A stretch of 64,000 nucleotides of DNA from Tubulanus polymorphus (taxonomy: Eukaryota > Animalia > Nemertea), in NCBI RefSeq assembly GCF_964204645.1, contig NC_134034.1, forward strand, positions 868,001 to 932,000, written 5' to 3'. Under the pieces are notes generated by a model. It was not told the DNA's origin. It saw only the letters and a list, made by a program, of their open reading frames with translations, and made no database searches. The translations under genes were made by a program, and so were the position numbers. Below, in pieces: positions 11,701 to 23,785 of the stretch (the stretch's first letter is position 1; each line of letters begins with the position of its first letter).

Positions 11701-14700
11701 GACCAGTCTAGCACCAACTTAGTTCTATAGCCAATCTAACAACTTAAGACCTGTCCTAAGATTTAAGACCATTTTTGGACTTAAGTCACGACTGTGTAAC
11801 TGGCCCCTGGTCTTAAGTACGAGACATGGCAGTCTGCAATCGAACCCAGCAGAATTCGTTTACCTTCGGATGATCAATCAATGTTTTTATGACGTAATGG
11901 GGTGGTGACCGGAAGCCGTACTCGTCGAATTTCAGTGGCAGATCGTGAGATCTTCGAGTCAAGTTACATTTGGAATTCGACATTCTATCGTGCGACAAAC
12001 TTCCCTGCATAGAAAAAAGAATCAACTCATCGTAAATAGGCTTCTTGCTGGTAGTCGGCTTTTCAAGCGAGGGTTCCCCTTTTCAATTAAACATTAAATG
12101 CCTTTTTATCTAAAAATCGACCCCTTGTTACTGAAGTAAACACTTGTGGTGTAGGTGTTTTAAGGGGCACACGCGTAAGCACACCTGCGGTGTAGGTATT
12201 TTTAGGGACACATGCGTGTGCACACCCGTGGTGTAGCTGTTTTAGGAGCACGAGTGTGCGCACACCTGTGCTGTAGATGTTTTTAGGGACACATGCGTGT
12301 GCACACCTGTGGTGTAGTAGGTGTTTTAGAAGGACGATTGTGCGCACACCTGTGCTGTAGATGTTTTTAGGAGCACTAGTGTTCGCACACCTGTGGTGTA
12401 GGTATTTTTAGGGACACATGCGTGTGCACACATATGGTGTAGATGTTTTAGATGGACGAGTGTTCGCACACCTGTGGTGTAGGTATTTTATTCGCACTTA
12501 CCGATCTGAACTCGTTAAAGAATTCGGTGGCGTTCGGTTTTTGTAGTTTTCGCATCGTCAGTCGAAAAGCTAAATTGAACTGGTGCAGATATCGATCCGA
12601 TTCTGTGATACCAGCAGCAGCGCCATCTAACGCCGTCGTCGTTAAAATTCTAACGTTCGCACAACCGGAACAGGAAGAATCACCTCTGCCCCCTGTTGTC
12701 TGTAAGCGGGTTTACGAAATTTGAATTATAAATACAAGATGGCGACTGATGAATTACGATAATACGGGTCAAACTTCACTTTAAGGTTATAGGATAATTA
12801 GTTATCGATGGACTATTCGCCTAGGGGACCTACCGTCATTCCGCAAACCCACATTATATCAGACGTGGAATAGTCATATTGTTCATAGAACTGAAACATT
12901 TTGAAACAGACTCTAAATTCAAAACATTATCAAACAAATATCAAAATTAAACTGTATGTAAAGATATCATAAAATATTCGTGGTTCCAACCCACTTTTTC
13001 GGCTGAATCCCTTGCCAAAAATCGCCAATGAAATACCAACAAATTGATTGAAATATTTCCTTGGAGATTCTGATTAAAATGCCCTCAGACTGCTTCATTA
13101 TTTTCATACATCGGATTTATGCTTCACGCAGTACAGATCTGGGACAGTTCCGCTTCTCATTCTAGTGAACTCATCCCTTTTCAAAATCTAACATCGACAC
13201 TGCTTTTATTTACCATGTTAACTTTCTTCCATCGAGTCGCTGCACTAAACCAGAAAACGACCGCGTTGAATTTGCCGTTTCGGACGATGTAGGTAATTTC
13301 CTGTACGCTGTGTCTACTGCGACCCGGTACATGTACACCGGCTACGTGTACATCTTTGCTTAAAGCGTACTGTAAAACAGTTTCTATCGTCGGGATCGTA
13401 GTTAATCTGGCCGCTACCAGTCCAGCTTCTAGAAAGAAATAATACAATAAATATAGCCGCAAAGCAGCGTTAATGAGCATTCGGAAAATACAATGAATAA
13501 AGCCGCAAAGCGGCGATAACGGGTTTACAGAAAAATACAATAAATATAGCCGCAAAGCAGGGATAACTGGACCTTTTTAAAATACAATAAATATAGCCGC
13601 AAAGCAGCGATAACAGGACCTTTTTAAAATATTATAAATATAGCCGCAAAGCAGCGATAATTTCTATTCAGAAACGAATACCTACTAGTCCAGATTAACA
13701 CCTAGGCCCATTTACCTTCTCCAAATGCCAGTTCAAATAACAGTAATATTTTCCTGGCTCGATGTGTCACCAAATAAGCAGCGATTGCCTCAACAAATGA
13801 ATCGTTATATGTGGGAGACGTGAATAACGTCATACCTGTAAATATATTTACATAAATTTGTATAAATTATTGATCATATTCCTGAATTATTCGAAATCAT
13901 TCAGACTTTGAATACGAAGTGCAGTTCATATCTTGAATTATTGTTTCCCACAACTAACTCTTACTAACTTTTGAGCACATGATCCAAGGGTCAGTTCCTG
14001 GGAGCTCGTTAGAAAGATTTAACTGCTTGACAAATACCGTGATGGCAGTGTGCCTATGGTATTGACCCACTAGTAAACCAAACTTCAACTGGACCCAAAC
14101 TGAACTGACAACTGTAGAACTGCCCCCGGTTTACAGGTGGTTTACCTGGATACGGTTTTGTTGTAAGTCTTTTCTCAGTGTTGATATCATTGACTGGTGT
14201 TATTATGATATACGGAAGATTTACATAATAGGTAGTTGTCAGTTGATGAATACTCGGCACGTAGGTTCCAATAATCAGATCCAATTTATCAGGAAACGAC
14301 TTGAATTGCCTCTCAACTGAAAAAATACACAATCTGACTTCACAACCGACCCAAACTGTTTTAAATGTTGATGTTTTGATGTGTATGGTCAAGAGAGTAA
14401 TTTTTTGAATGTTTCTTTTCATTATTGCGCGTCGTCTGCCAAACTTTGAGTTCGATGATTGATTGGGAATGTTCCATTTTGTAGACATGTAAACATATTG
14501 TTAATCTTGATTTATATAGAATATCATTAGTCGCTGCTTTGCAGCTATATCAATTGTATTTCGCCGAAAACCCGTACCGTAATCGCTGCTTTGCGGCTAT
14601 ATTTTATTTTTTTGGTGTTTTTTCTACGAGCTGGACTTGTGGTGGCCATATTAACCAGAATCACGGCACATGTGAATAATTCTAACATTTCACTCTTTGG

Positions 14701-15210
14701 TAATTTTAACTCCAATATCATGATTATAGGCCTACTCCAAAGACTGCCTGGGTTATGGTGAACGATATCATTTCAAACGAGTTGAAATAGACGTCAGTCT
14801 AAGTCTCACCTTGTTCGGTGACAATCAGTGAATATTCGTCTGGAACTGTGATATTGATAACTTTGATGCGATGACTACACCAGTCTCTTGTGTAGAAGAT
14901 CCCGTCGGAGGCATTCTCAAACGGGTCCGTCAATATTGTCCGGGCCATCTCTGGCAAGCGAGCATACACAGGTTCCGATACTACCGATACCGCACCTAAA
15001 GGTCGTCATTGAGAAATTAAAGTTGACAAAAATAAATCAATTGAAATGAAGATAGAGATTATCAGAGGACGATATAAATAGTGAATAACTTTTACCTATT
15101 GTGAAAGTGGAATTCGGTTGACAAGTTGATGCGGAAAGGTGTACAGCGATACTTAGCACAAGCAGACTGACATACTCGACCAACTGCAGTAACTGTGTTC
15201 CAAGCGACAT
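2721..15210 (-). CDS. Divergent ionotropic glutamate receptor (iGluR/IR-like) with amino-terminal domain, 13 exons, ~844 aa
   Basis: Phase-consistent exons: 15096-15210, 14810-14995, 14146-14316, 13716-13835, 13214-13428, 12502-12699, 11864-12004, 11254-11376, 10460-10690, 9482-9866, 8582-8866, 3683-3839, 2721-2928. Motifs: signal peptide; S1 (EYPFMF, FTGLALDL, YGTEENGTWSGVV, QRLEVIDFTPP); M1 (FLQPFHIDSW); pore (WYSYGTILQLG); M3 (CYTSNMASFLT); S2 (EGIERAKQGKYAFI); M4 (DFSGVFVMLLIG). Confidence 0.9.
2973..3480. repeat. Compound (CCAA/CCAG)n microsatellite with interspersed AGCAGCCTGCTAG units
   Basis: Directly visible tandem repeats in the last iGluR intron. Confidence 0.95.
3985..4160 (-). 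mobile_element. Dispersed repeat family A: tRNA-like segment followed by TTAGGG-like repeats
   Basis: Minus strand reads ...GACAAACTTACAAAC...TGGTCTAGTGGTTAG (A box)...GGTTCGAGTCTT (B box) GCTAGGGTTAGGGTTA. Homologous copies at ~29255-29390 and ~44800-45005. Confidence 0.75.
5819..8026 (+). CDS. Ankyrin-repeat TRP (TRPV-like) cation channel, nested antisense in iGluR intron 11
   Basis: Exons 5819-6425 and 6823-8026 join in phase (AG|C). Ankyrin motifs (RPLHVA, DINGCNCLHVLV, RPVELAAKG), TRPV-like linker (IIVYDVTEYE, SPL), six TM segments, S6 LLINYLIAVMS. The 5' end is uncertain; a candidate upstream exon ends ATGACAA|GTGAGT at 5505 and is phase compatible. Confidence 0.8.
10738..11200. repeat. 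39-bp minisatellite (~11-12 copies), intronic
   Basis: Unit ATGGATAGGAGACCACTTTCCCAGTCTAGACGGTACCTTCT(C/A). It generates the spurious repeat ORFs on both strands. Confidence 0.95.
11500..11815. mobile_element. MITE-like family with internal CTTAAG/TTATAGAACCAAAATGAGC subrepeats
   Basis: Related copies at ~10240-10375, 21700-22090, 37450-37565, 55070-55370 and 56725-56800; ends resemble GACTGTGCAACTGG. Confidence 0.6.
12140..12490. repeat. ~38-40-bp minisatellite, intronic
   Basis: Repeated GCACACCTGTGGTGTAGGTATTTTTAGG units. Confidence 0.9.
13437..13660. repeat. Tandem AATACAATAAATATAGCCGCAAAGCAGCGATAA units of a dispersed repeat
   Basis: About 5 copies here; related single or inverted copies at ~14530-14610 and ~36950-36980. 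Confidence 0.8.
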
Positions 15211-16813
15211 ACTGTTTTTTTTTATCATATACAAAAAAAGAACAATGAGGAAAACCTTCAAAAATTCCTTTTTTTCAGCGTTCAGCGGGACTCGAATCCA
15301 CCTTTTAATAAGCACTGTGGAGAGTGGTCAAGCGGTTAAAGTCTTGCCCTTGCTATCGAGATGCCATTAAATAGAGCATAATCTGGTCGCAACGAACGCG
15401 AGAATTCCCGAATCGAAATCGAAACCCGACTTAAAGTTTATAGTTGAAATGATCTCGATATTTTAATATTCATACTAAAATAGCTACGTATTAATGATAT
15501 TATAAATAGTTTGTGAAATATCGTTTTTGTGCCACGTATATTAAGCCTTACCTGCTTCGATCTTTTTTATCCAAATTCTATTCCTCGCTCGCATCCAGTT
15601 CACGGAGATCCCGGTAACACATTGATACTAACGTTCATACGTTTAAAAAATCATTATCAATTCGTCGTGTGCGTTTAGTGCTTTTTTATATGTTGCTGTT
15701 GCATAATTTAACAATTCTCGATTCGTTGCCAAATTAGATACTACGTAATCATAAACAAATTGTGCATTTAATCGTTGCATGCATGAATTTATTATGGATA
15801 TAACCATTGATGAAACAAATTGATTCCATGATGATAAAGATAATAGAAAATCTTGCAAATTCAACCTTTCTAATATGTTATAATAGTCATCTTCTTCAGG
15901 CTTTCTAGTTTTGTGTATCTCATAATTTTGTTATCAACACTAGTATTCCTGAAAATGACGATTAGGATTAATATAAAAAATCCGTTATGACGTCACTGCT
16001 CGATAAAAAAAAACATGGCGTTTAACGAATTTCGCAGCTTTAGACAGAACGATATATCCATTGAATTTGAGTTGGATTAAGCAATTTTTTCTCTGGAAAA
16101 TGATGTCAGTGGCCCTAAAAAGGACTTTGACTATAGTCGTAACGTCAAATTAACTACGTGTATTATTAGCTCAATGAAATATATCAGGAATCATATATTA
16201 TCGGGGCTTTTTCACACATCATTACCTTCAATATGATTTACGAAAAAAATGGTGTATCCCCATAAGAATTATGTTTCCGATGCTGGCAGTGTGTGATGTA
16301 TGTGTATGGTACGCGCACGATACGATATTGTTATAGTGAGATAAGCGGTATTGTAATCTGCGCACAATAAAAACATCAGGTACATATTATATCTAATCCG
16401 TAACAATCTGTTGTTAACAAAACGCGCGACCTTATATTCAAATATATGCAAATCATCTACTGGGGTTCAGGGTTTGAACCTGTAGTACTAGTGGTCGCTG
16501 AAACCATTGCTCTTAGACTTAAAGACGAATACCAATACTCGAACCTCACAACAGGCCGGGTCGTCTGATCTGAAAAGTTACCCCCAGAACAGATGAAAAT
16601 CAGTAGGTTATAAAACGATGGCGAACGCTGTACAATAAATAAATACCTTATTTATTTCATAAACAAAAAGCACAATCCAAAAATATACTTCAATTTGTTT
16701 GTATCTAAACAATAAATAACAATAGATTCAAAGCGAATGGATGCTGATACTTGAAGCAGGTACTTGATGCTGGTACTTGATGCTAGTACTTGAAGCAGGT
16801 ACTGTACATCTGT

Positions 16814-19800
16814 CTATATGGCAGAATACGACTCCCTTTTGAATATCTTTCCACGAACAAATTGAAAACCATCCTAAAATATAAATTCCTTGCGAATAAG
16901 ATTCATTGTCTTCTAGTCAATAACATAGCTGGTAGCAATTTCAGGAAGGGTCATTAAAAGCAGCTATCTTTTCAAATAGTGCCATTGAAAGCAGCTTTCC
17001 TTTCTGGGGGATCATTGAAAGCAGCTTTCCTTTCTGGGGGATCATTGAAAGCAGCTTTCATGCCTAAAAGGGCAATTGAAAGCAATTTTTCTAGTCTACC
17101 AATGTCTTTGGAAGCATCTCTCCTTTCTGGAAGTGTCTATCGAGGCTGCCATTTGTTGCATAGGTCTATATTTTCATGAAACAAAGTCAGAACAGTGATA
17201 CGTGCAGATTGTATTTCAGTAACGTACGGTTATTAATCCGGGTAAATTCGACCAGAAAATGTAGTTCGGTATCTTGTCCGCTCCTTCGGCTTTCATCACA
17301 AAATGCGTGAATATGAATCCCAGTATGAAGTAAGCGAACAGCAAGCTGAAAAAACTGAACAATAAAACAACAGATTTTAGTTCGTTTGTTTTAATTCACG
17401 TCTTTTGAATTCTAATCTTCAAGATTTATCCGTTTGGATTGTTCGTTTAACCTCACGACGGGACCGCGGTTCGTTTTGAGTGTTGCCCGTGCAAAGTAAG
17501 CAGCCAGCAGGACTCGAACCCGCTTGTCACTCAGCACTGATAGTGAATGCGACAGCATCACGCCTCGCCCCACTGACCGAGGTAGGTCATGATCGTTAAC
17601 AATCAAGTGTGCAAGGTTGATTGGTGGCGATCGATTCGTAATCGTCAAGAGAATCCAGTTTCAGTTCGGGCGTTAGTGCATTGTACGGTGCTGCCACCAC
17701 ATCGAGCATGGACTGGTGCCGGCTGGGGATTTCCCCGAACGGAAGTAAGATGGCGGTGCATATTGAATCTAAACCTGAATATTGAAGTTATTGGTCGTAT
17801 TCGAAAGAGAAATTGTTATTTGATCGGTTCCTTTGTAATTGTGGCATTGATAATCGAGCAAAACTACCATCAATGATTATGTACATCTATAATTGCCATA
17901 TTACTTTACTCACGTGATGCACAGTATGGAACCGACACTGAGACTCGTGACTGGACAAACCTCTGATGACGTCAATTCAAAATTATACGAAAAAGTCTAC
18001 AAAAGATACGTCTAGATGACAGTTCAGTGAATAATCATTTGCATAAGACAACAAGTACGACTCAAGAGTTTAGAGTCCAGCTTGACCAGTCTGGGGCCCT
18101 AAGATAGTCAACTGGACCAGACTGAGGACTGACAATAGTCAAGCGCTGGTATAAGTTGACAAATATGCATCATGGTACTAATGCAGTCTTCAATTACTTT
18201 CCAACGATAAGCGTCGACCATCTTTTAAACATTTGTGGCCCCAGACTGGTCCAGCTGAGCAACTGTCGGCCCGGACTAGTCCAGTTCGGACAGGAACACC
18301 TACCCGTGGATCGGTACCGATGTATTTGAACTGAGGTGTCGTAACGCCCGTGTTACATCTTAATTTCACAACAGTTGATGAAGTTTTGCTGAAAATATGA
18401 ACGATTAACACCGGTGCTTTAGGTGTCAGTCTTAGGCCTACAGTCAATCCCTGACAAACGCGGCGATATTTTGTGATTTAGGATTTTGGTAGCAGAGCCT
18501 ATAGATAGTGGCGTATCGACGGTTATTTTTAACTACATGCAGTTCTAACTAAAATAACAGAATAATTCCATATTTTAGAACTAAAGATGGCATTAGCGGG
18601 GTGTAGTTGAGGTACCTTTTGGATATTAACGGAAAGTAATTTGATATAGTCACAGAATCTCGTATGCTATCGATTGTTATTTTCGGGTGGACAGAATATG
18701 TTTAGCCTAGGATCCACAGGAACTCCGAAATCTGGTCGCACTATGGCAAAGGGTCGTCGTCGTACCACTAAACGTTAGCCAATCGCATCTCCTGGCAGAT
18801 GGAAAAGTTGCATTTAACAAGATAGACGATATAGTTAACCTTAGGAATGCGCCTATATCGAGGGGTTTGACTGTAGAGTGTAAATACTTCAGGACATAGC
18901 ATATCTTAAAACTTACTCCGTAGTAACATACGATACTTTGACGGTTTTATCAGTTGTATCGTACGACCAAACAGTAGGTGACGGTTTACCCAGTGCAATG
19001 AAGCCGCGGGAATTCAAGACGAGGCACGCCTGCGAGTGAGGAAAGACAGAGAATAATTATACAACAATTTAACTACGACAAAAACGCTCACGTTTGAAAA
19101 ACAATTGATCTGACATGGGCGTCCCCAGGATTTTTTTTTGGGTCGTTTCTAGGAATAGAGGGGGTCTGGGGGTCCGACCCCAGAAATATTTTAAAATTTC
19201 GTGCAAGCAGGCGCGTTCTGGTGCAATCTGAGGCCGATAGGTCACCGTTTACTTAGCAAGTATCGATTTTGATTTGCTATGCAGACCATGTGCCGACGTT
19301 CGTCGTTGTATGAAAATTCAAAAAGGGGGTTCGTTCGAACTACCGAACCCCCCTTCCCCTTGTGACGTCCATGTATCAATTAATTCTATTGAATCTGGGG
19401 CACTGGTAGTCCAATTACGTATTATCCACGTGGTGGCAGGGCTGATCAAGGGTTTCCGGGATCCAGTCTATGGAAGTTGCTGCCTTTTTTTTGTCATATT
19501 GAGATCAATAAAACCTCTGCAAGTATGACACTCATCCGGGATCTTCTCTGTTGGAAATATCTTCGGGTGGGTTCCAATCCAAAGGAAAGGGAGGGGTGCA
19601 TGTGACTGCTGCATGATGCGTACTCTCTACGACCAGCGGATTTCAATATTCATTTATTCCACATATTTTACTATTTTATTTGGTATTAATATTTTAGCTT
19701 TAGGTGAACTGGGATGTGTGTGACTGTGTGCGTGTGCCGCAGGGTTTCAGGGTCCGGGGACCTTACGCATTATATTTCCGTCTGGTGCAACGCAGAATAT

Positions 19801-22778
19801 CCACCGCGTTGCTACGGAAACGTCTGTTAACAACTAGATACAAGATTACGTTCACTAAGGAATCTATTTTACTTCCGGTTTCGGCGGCATATCTGAATAG
19901 ATTTCGTTCTACTATTCCGCGTAACCAACGAAAATCGAAGTTCAACAACGCGAACATATTCGGAAATTCACAAAGCAAATGCGCCGTTACTATGGTTATA
20001 GTGGTCACCAGCGCCATTGTATCTTTGTTGCTGCTCGTCTGCTGCGAACTCTTCGCCAACAATGAGCGTCGTTTCTTTTGAACGTTTATAACGTTCGTAC
20101 ACAAAACGGCATTACCGATAAATAAAAGTAAGATCGGGGTGACTGTGCCGAAATATACGACTAGTGGTCGGGTATATCTGCCCATAGTGAACGACGGCCA
20201 AATATTGCCGTAACTATAGAATTTCTCCGATTTGAAATAATATCGACATTGATTGTTAACCGTCGGATAAACCTTATACAGCAAATTCGGCATGGACGCG
20301 AGCACGTTGAAGCAGACGACCGCGGCGATCACGTGATTCAACGATCGTACGGTCGTCCATCGTTTGACCTTGAACGGAAACAGAACGGTAAGCACTCGTT
20401 CCAAGGTGACACAGACTGTTATCCAGTTACGTATCATATAGATGCCGTACACGACGCCCGGTAGATATCCGTCGAGATACGGAAATAACAGATTTTGGCG
20501 GATGTAGATAAATCGTCGGCCATATTGGAAATATCTGTACAGTGCACCTACGCTGAATTCGGGAACGCTTACCAGCGAAAATAGTGCGTCAACTATTGTC
20601 AGCGCTTTCAGTAAATGATAGGTAGGCTGGAACGAGAACCGTCTGAGCACGAAATAACAGAACACGTTTAGAATCGTAGCCACTAACGCGATAGGTGTCG
20701 CCACTAACGTGTTGATATAGAAACGCGACCACGTGATGTAATTGGGTCGACATGTTTTATTGAAATCATGAACTAAACGCTCGTCGTATAGCGGCCAAAG
20801 TCGCGAACGAGACATCCTTGACAGCTGTCTGCTGCGTGGCTGCTGTCACTATGGCTGTGTTCGAAGCTGTCAGTGCGACTACTGTCCCAGTGGCTGTCTG
20901 TTGTCTGTCTGTTTGGCTGCCCTCACTACTGTACAGACCTGACGCCGTCACTTAATCACCGCCTGCTGTCTAACCGCGTGGTCGACGAGTCTGAGACGCG
21001 TTCTGCTGTCCTTATGGCGGTCCCCTGTATCTCACTGTCAGTCCATGTGTGTCTTCTAGAATCTACAATGTGTCTCCTGAATTTCGATAATTTGTCACTT
21101 TATCAATTTCAACCACCGCGCGCACGCGCGAACCAACAGCTTTTATCGCGTATATTGTTTGTTTCATGTCATGATAGATAATTTAAAGATGCATAAATAC
21201 GTTGTCCGCTAATGGAAGCAAGAAACAAATCTTTTCGCGCAATAAATCTAAAATGCTGTAAACTGGTAAAATGGTACAGTGCGCTTTTTCTGATTTGAAA
21301 CAAACATCGGGGGACTGAGACGAGGCGAGTTGCAAGCTGTTTAGAGCGGGGGAGGGGGATGGGAATGGGGGGTGGGGTGGCAGGTATCGTATGGAATTTC
21401 ATCAGGCATCACAGACACCCAGGCGAAGCTTGTAGTAACCCAAGGCCCAAGTGTACACGATGTCTTACATAATCAATGTTAGCTAATGCTTTAGTGTAAA
21501 CTTACTGTAACGTTCACGCACGGTTGCTGCAAGGTGAAGGCCAAACATGGATTGTAGTAATAGGTCACAGTTGGTTGATAAGTGACGGAAAATCTGCAAA
21601 CAAAATATTCACATTTCTGATGAGATCATTTGGGCTATAATAAGCACCTTTAACTGTTTCTGATGGCCAGCCGGGTAGTTACCATTGGCATAAATGTGGA
21701 TCTTAGACTCTGGTCTTAAAGTTGTCAGATTGGTTATATAACCAAAATGAGCTTAAACTGGTTCTAAGTTGTTTGATTGGTTATAGAACCAAAGTGAGCT
21801 TAGCCTGGTTTTAAGTTGTTTGATTGGTTATGGAACAAAATGAGCTTAGCTTAGTTTTAAGTGAACCAAAATGACATTTAACTGGTCGTAAATTATGAGA
21901 TTGGCTATAGAACCAAAGTGAGCTTGGACTGGTTTTAAGTTGTTTGATTGGTTATGGAACAAAATGAGCTTAGCTTAGTTTTAAGTGAACCAAAATGACA
22001 TTTAACTGGTCGTAAATTATGAGATTGGCTATAGAACCAAAGTGAGCTTGGACTGGTTTTAAATCTAAGCCATGACTGTGTAACTGAGTCCAAAGTGAAA
22101 TTCACCCCATCCTCCCTCTGCAGGGACTCGAACTTGATGGCATCGCTACACTCAGCCACGGCACGAACCCCTGCATCAGTAGACCGGGTGCGCAGGTACA
22201 TGCGCAGCTTTCCGAACGAAAACTGGCGGCACCAATCAGATTGCTCGTTGTATAATCGTTGAGGCAAATTTCAAGGATGAACTATAAATGGGAAAACCCG
22301 GGCTAAAATAGAACGGGATTTCTGATTGGCTAAAAATCACATCATCTGAACTGCGCATGTATCTGCGCACACGGTCGATTATGGCAGGGTTTAGTGCCGT
22401 GGCAATCTCGATGCCATCAGGTTCGAATCCCTGCCGGGGGAGGATGAATTCACCCAGGCCAGTCCTGGCAGTGGTTGTCTCCACAGAGATCTCCATTGCT
22501 CTACGAGATCCTAGTGTATACATCAGACACTAAGGTTCTTGGTGAAAAAGTGAAACTGATTGATCGGTCAGCCTGAATTATCCCCATTTCCCGTACCTTG
22601 GTTTATTGTCGGTATTGGCTAATGACCGGATGTTGACCAATCCACTTCCGTCCGACATAAGACAGCTACAATCGTCGATTTTATCACATGACGTCACAAC
22701 TGACGTCACGCTGGCGGCAGACGACATCACGATTAAAACAACAGAGACGAAACGACCGATAGCGAGGATGAATTTCAT
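16814..22778 (-). CDS. Cation-dependent mannose-6-phosphate receptor/ATG27-like type I membrane protein, 7 exons, ~245 aa
   Basis: Phase-consistent exons: 22597-22778, 21506-21593, 18917-19029, 18304-18388, 17914-17996, 17228-17354, 16814-16873. Signal peptide; MRH-like Cys pattern (CSCLMSDGSG, YYYNPC, VKLRC, FELTSSEVCP); LSVGSILCI TM; tail GADKIPNYIFWSNLPGLITDGF with terminal YSAI (YxxPhi sorting motif). Confidence 0.88.
17500..17585 (-). mobile_element. tRNA-derived SINE family B copy
   Basis: Reverse complement closely matches 41025-41112 (GGTCAGTGGG...CATTCACTATCAGTG...GGGTTCGA(A/G)TCCTGCTGGCTG). Confidence 0.7.
19763..20815 (-). CDS. Intronless class A GPCR (FMRFamide-receptor-like/Srw-like), 350 aa, nested on the same strand in intron 2 of the M6PR-like gene
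   Basis: Seven TMs: TM1 ILNVF, TM2 LKALTIVD, TM3 RNWITVCVTLERV (DRY variant) followed by VLFPFK, TM5 TPILLLFIGN, TM6 LLCEFPN, TM7 DSLVNVILY and helix 8 RRFR. Confidence 0.9.
   Translation of the reverse strand: MSRSRLWPLYDERLVHDFNKTCRPNYITWSRFYINTLVATPIALVATILNVFCYFVLRRFSFQPTYHLLKALTIVDALFSLVSVPEFSVGALYRYFQYGRRFIYIRQNLLFPYLDGYLPGVVYGIYMIRNWITVCVTLERVLTVLFPFKVKRWTTVRSLNHVIAAVVCFNVLASMPNLLYKVYPTVNNQCRYYFKSEKFYSYGNIWPSFTMGRYTRPLVVYFGTVTPILLLFIGNAVLCTNVINVQKKRRSLLAKSSQQTSSNKDTMALVTTITIVTAHLLCEFPNMFALLNFDFRWLRGIVERNLFRYAAETGSKIDSLVNVILYLVVNRRFRSNAVDILRCTRRKYNA
21700..22090. repeat. ~40-bp subrepeat array within a MITE-like element
   Basis: Repeated GATTGGTTATAGAACCAAAATGAGCTTA units. Confidence 0.8.
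22097..22455. mobile_element. Fold-back (palindromic) element with tRNA B-box-like arms
   Basis: Left arm GAAATTCACCC...GCAGGGACTCGAAC...GTGCGCAGGTACATGCGCAG...CCAATCAGA mirrors right arm TCTGATTGG...CTGCGCATGTATCTGCGCAC...GGTTCGAATCCCTGC...GGATGAATTC. Confidence 0.8.
22450..22548 (-). mobile_element. Short dispersed repeat family C (CACCAAGAACCTTAGTGTCTG...CTGTGGAGACAACCACTGCCAGGACTGGGTGAA)
   Basis: Copies at ~29508-29612, 33742-33855, 33878-33980 and 34152-34250 (inverted). Confidence 0.7.
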
Positions 22779-23785
22779 CTTCGCGTCGAATCCCGAATTA
22801 CGCTCCACTCTCAAAAATCAGTACCGGTAATCACGTGATCAGTGAGGTCAGTCGCGTACGTGGACAGTAGTCACGTGATCAGTCTCTACAGTCACGTGGT
22901 GCTTGCATCCTACTCCTACAAAACTACATTATACATTTGAATTAAAACTTGGCATGAAAGACGTTTGGTGCCAAAACTCGGGCCTCCATACCTGACATAG
23001 GTTTTAAAAATGAAAAGCGCAGATATTAACAAAATGATGACTTACACTCAATGAATTGGATTGGAAAATGAGGAAGTCACTAATATAGCGAGGACTTCAA
23101 TAATGTGAGGCTTATCCAAACCGACGACTTACACTTTTGTAGATTGGCGAACCCTGGACTCAAAAATAAACCTGACTTCAGTGCTCGACGACTTCAAACG
23201 ACAGAGTTTGACTATTCCTGTATTTTGTCCCCGAATGCCTGAAGTTTTACTGCACAGTGTCCAGAGTATAGTGTGTTAGAAGAATCAGTATTCTGGTCTC
23301 TCTCTCCCTTTCACAACGTTAAGTCCTATCTATACCAATACTAATATACTTGCGAGGTCAGCAAGCAGACGGCACTATGTAACGTATATAAACAGGTTTT
23401 GCTGTGTCACGAGGGCTCATTCAAAAACCATTAGCTCCCTATATTGAAAATAACCAGTTTTTACACACGTCGCATATAGCTCGCAAGAGGTCACGTGTAG
23501 GTCACGCGAGGACCAGTCATTACAAATACATATACAACAATGCGTTCAGTTATTCGTCGTCATAGCGATGAGGAAAAACCGGAAGAAAAAACGAGAAAGA
23601 TTATAATTGAATTCGAAAAAAGTAAAGTTCTATTGTATTATAACTTAGAAAATATGCGAGAGATCACCAGGAGAACAAAAGTTGAAGATAACAACTGCGC
23701 AAGTTTTAGAGAATGAAGTCCATTGATGCATTTACTGAAGAAGTTCTTCTTTTGTTTCGAATCTCATTAACAGGTGGCGCTTTCT

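Noticed and set aside
15552-15949. Minus-strand ~95-codon open stretch between an acceptor and a donor upstream of the iGluR
   Set aside because: No recognisable motif and it stops before the donor; at most a UTR exon or decayed fragment.
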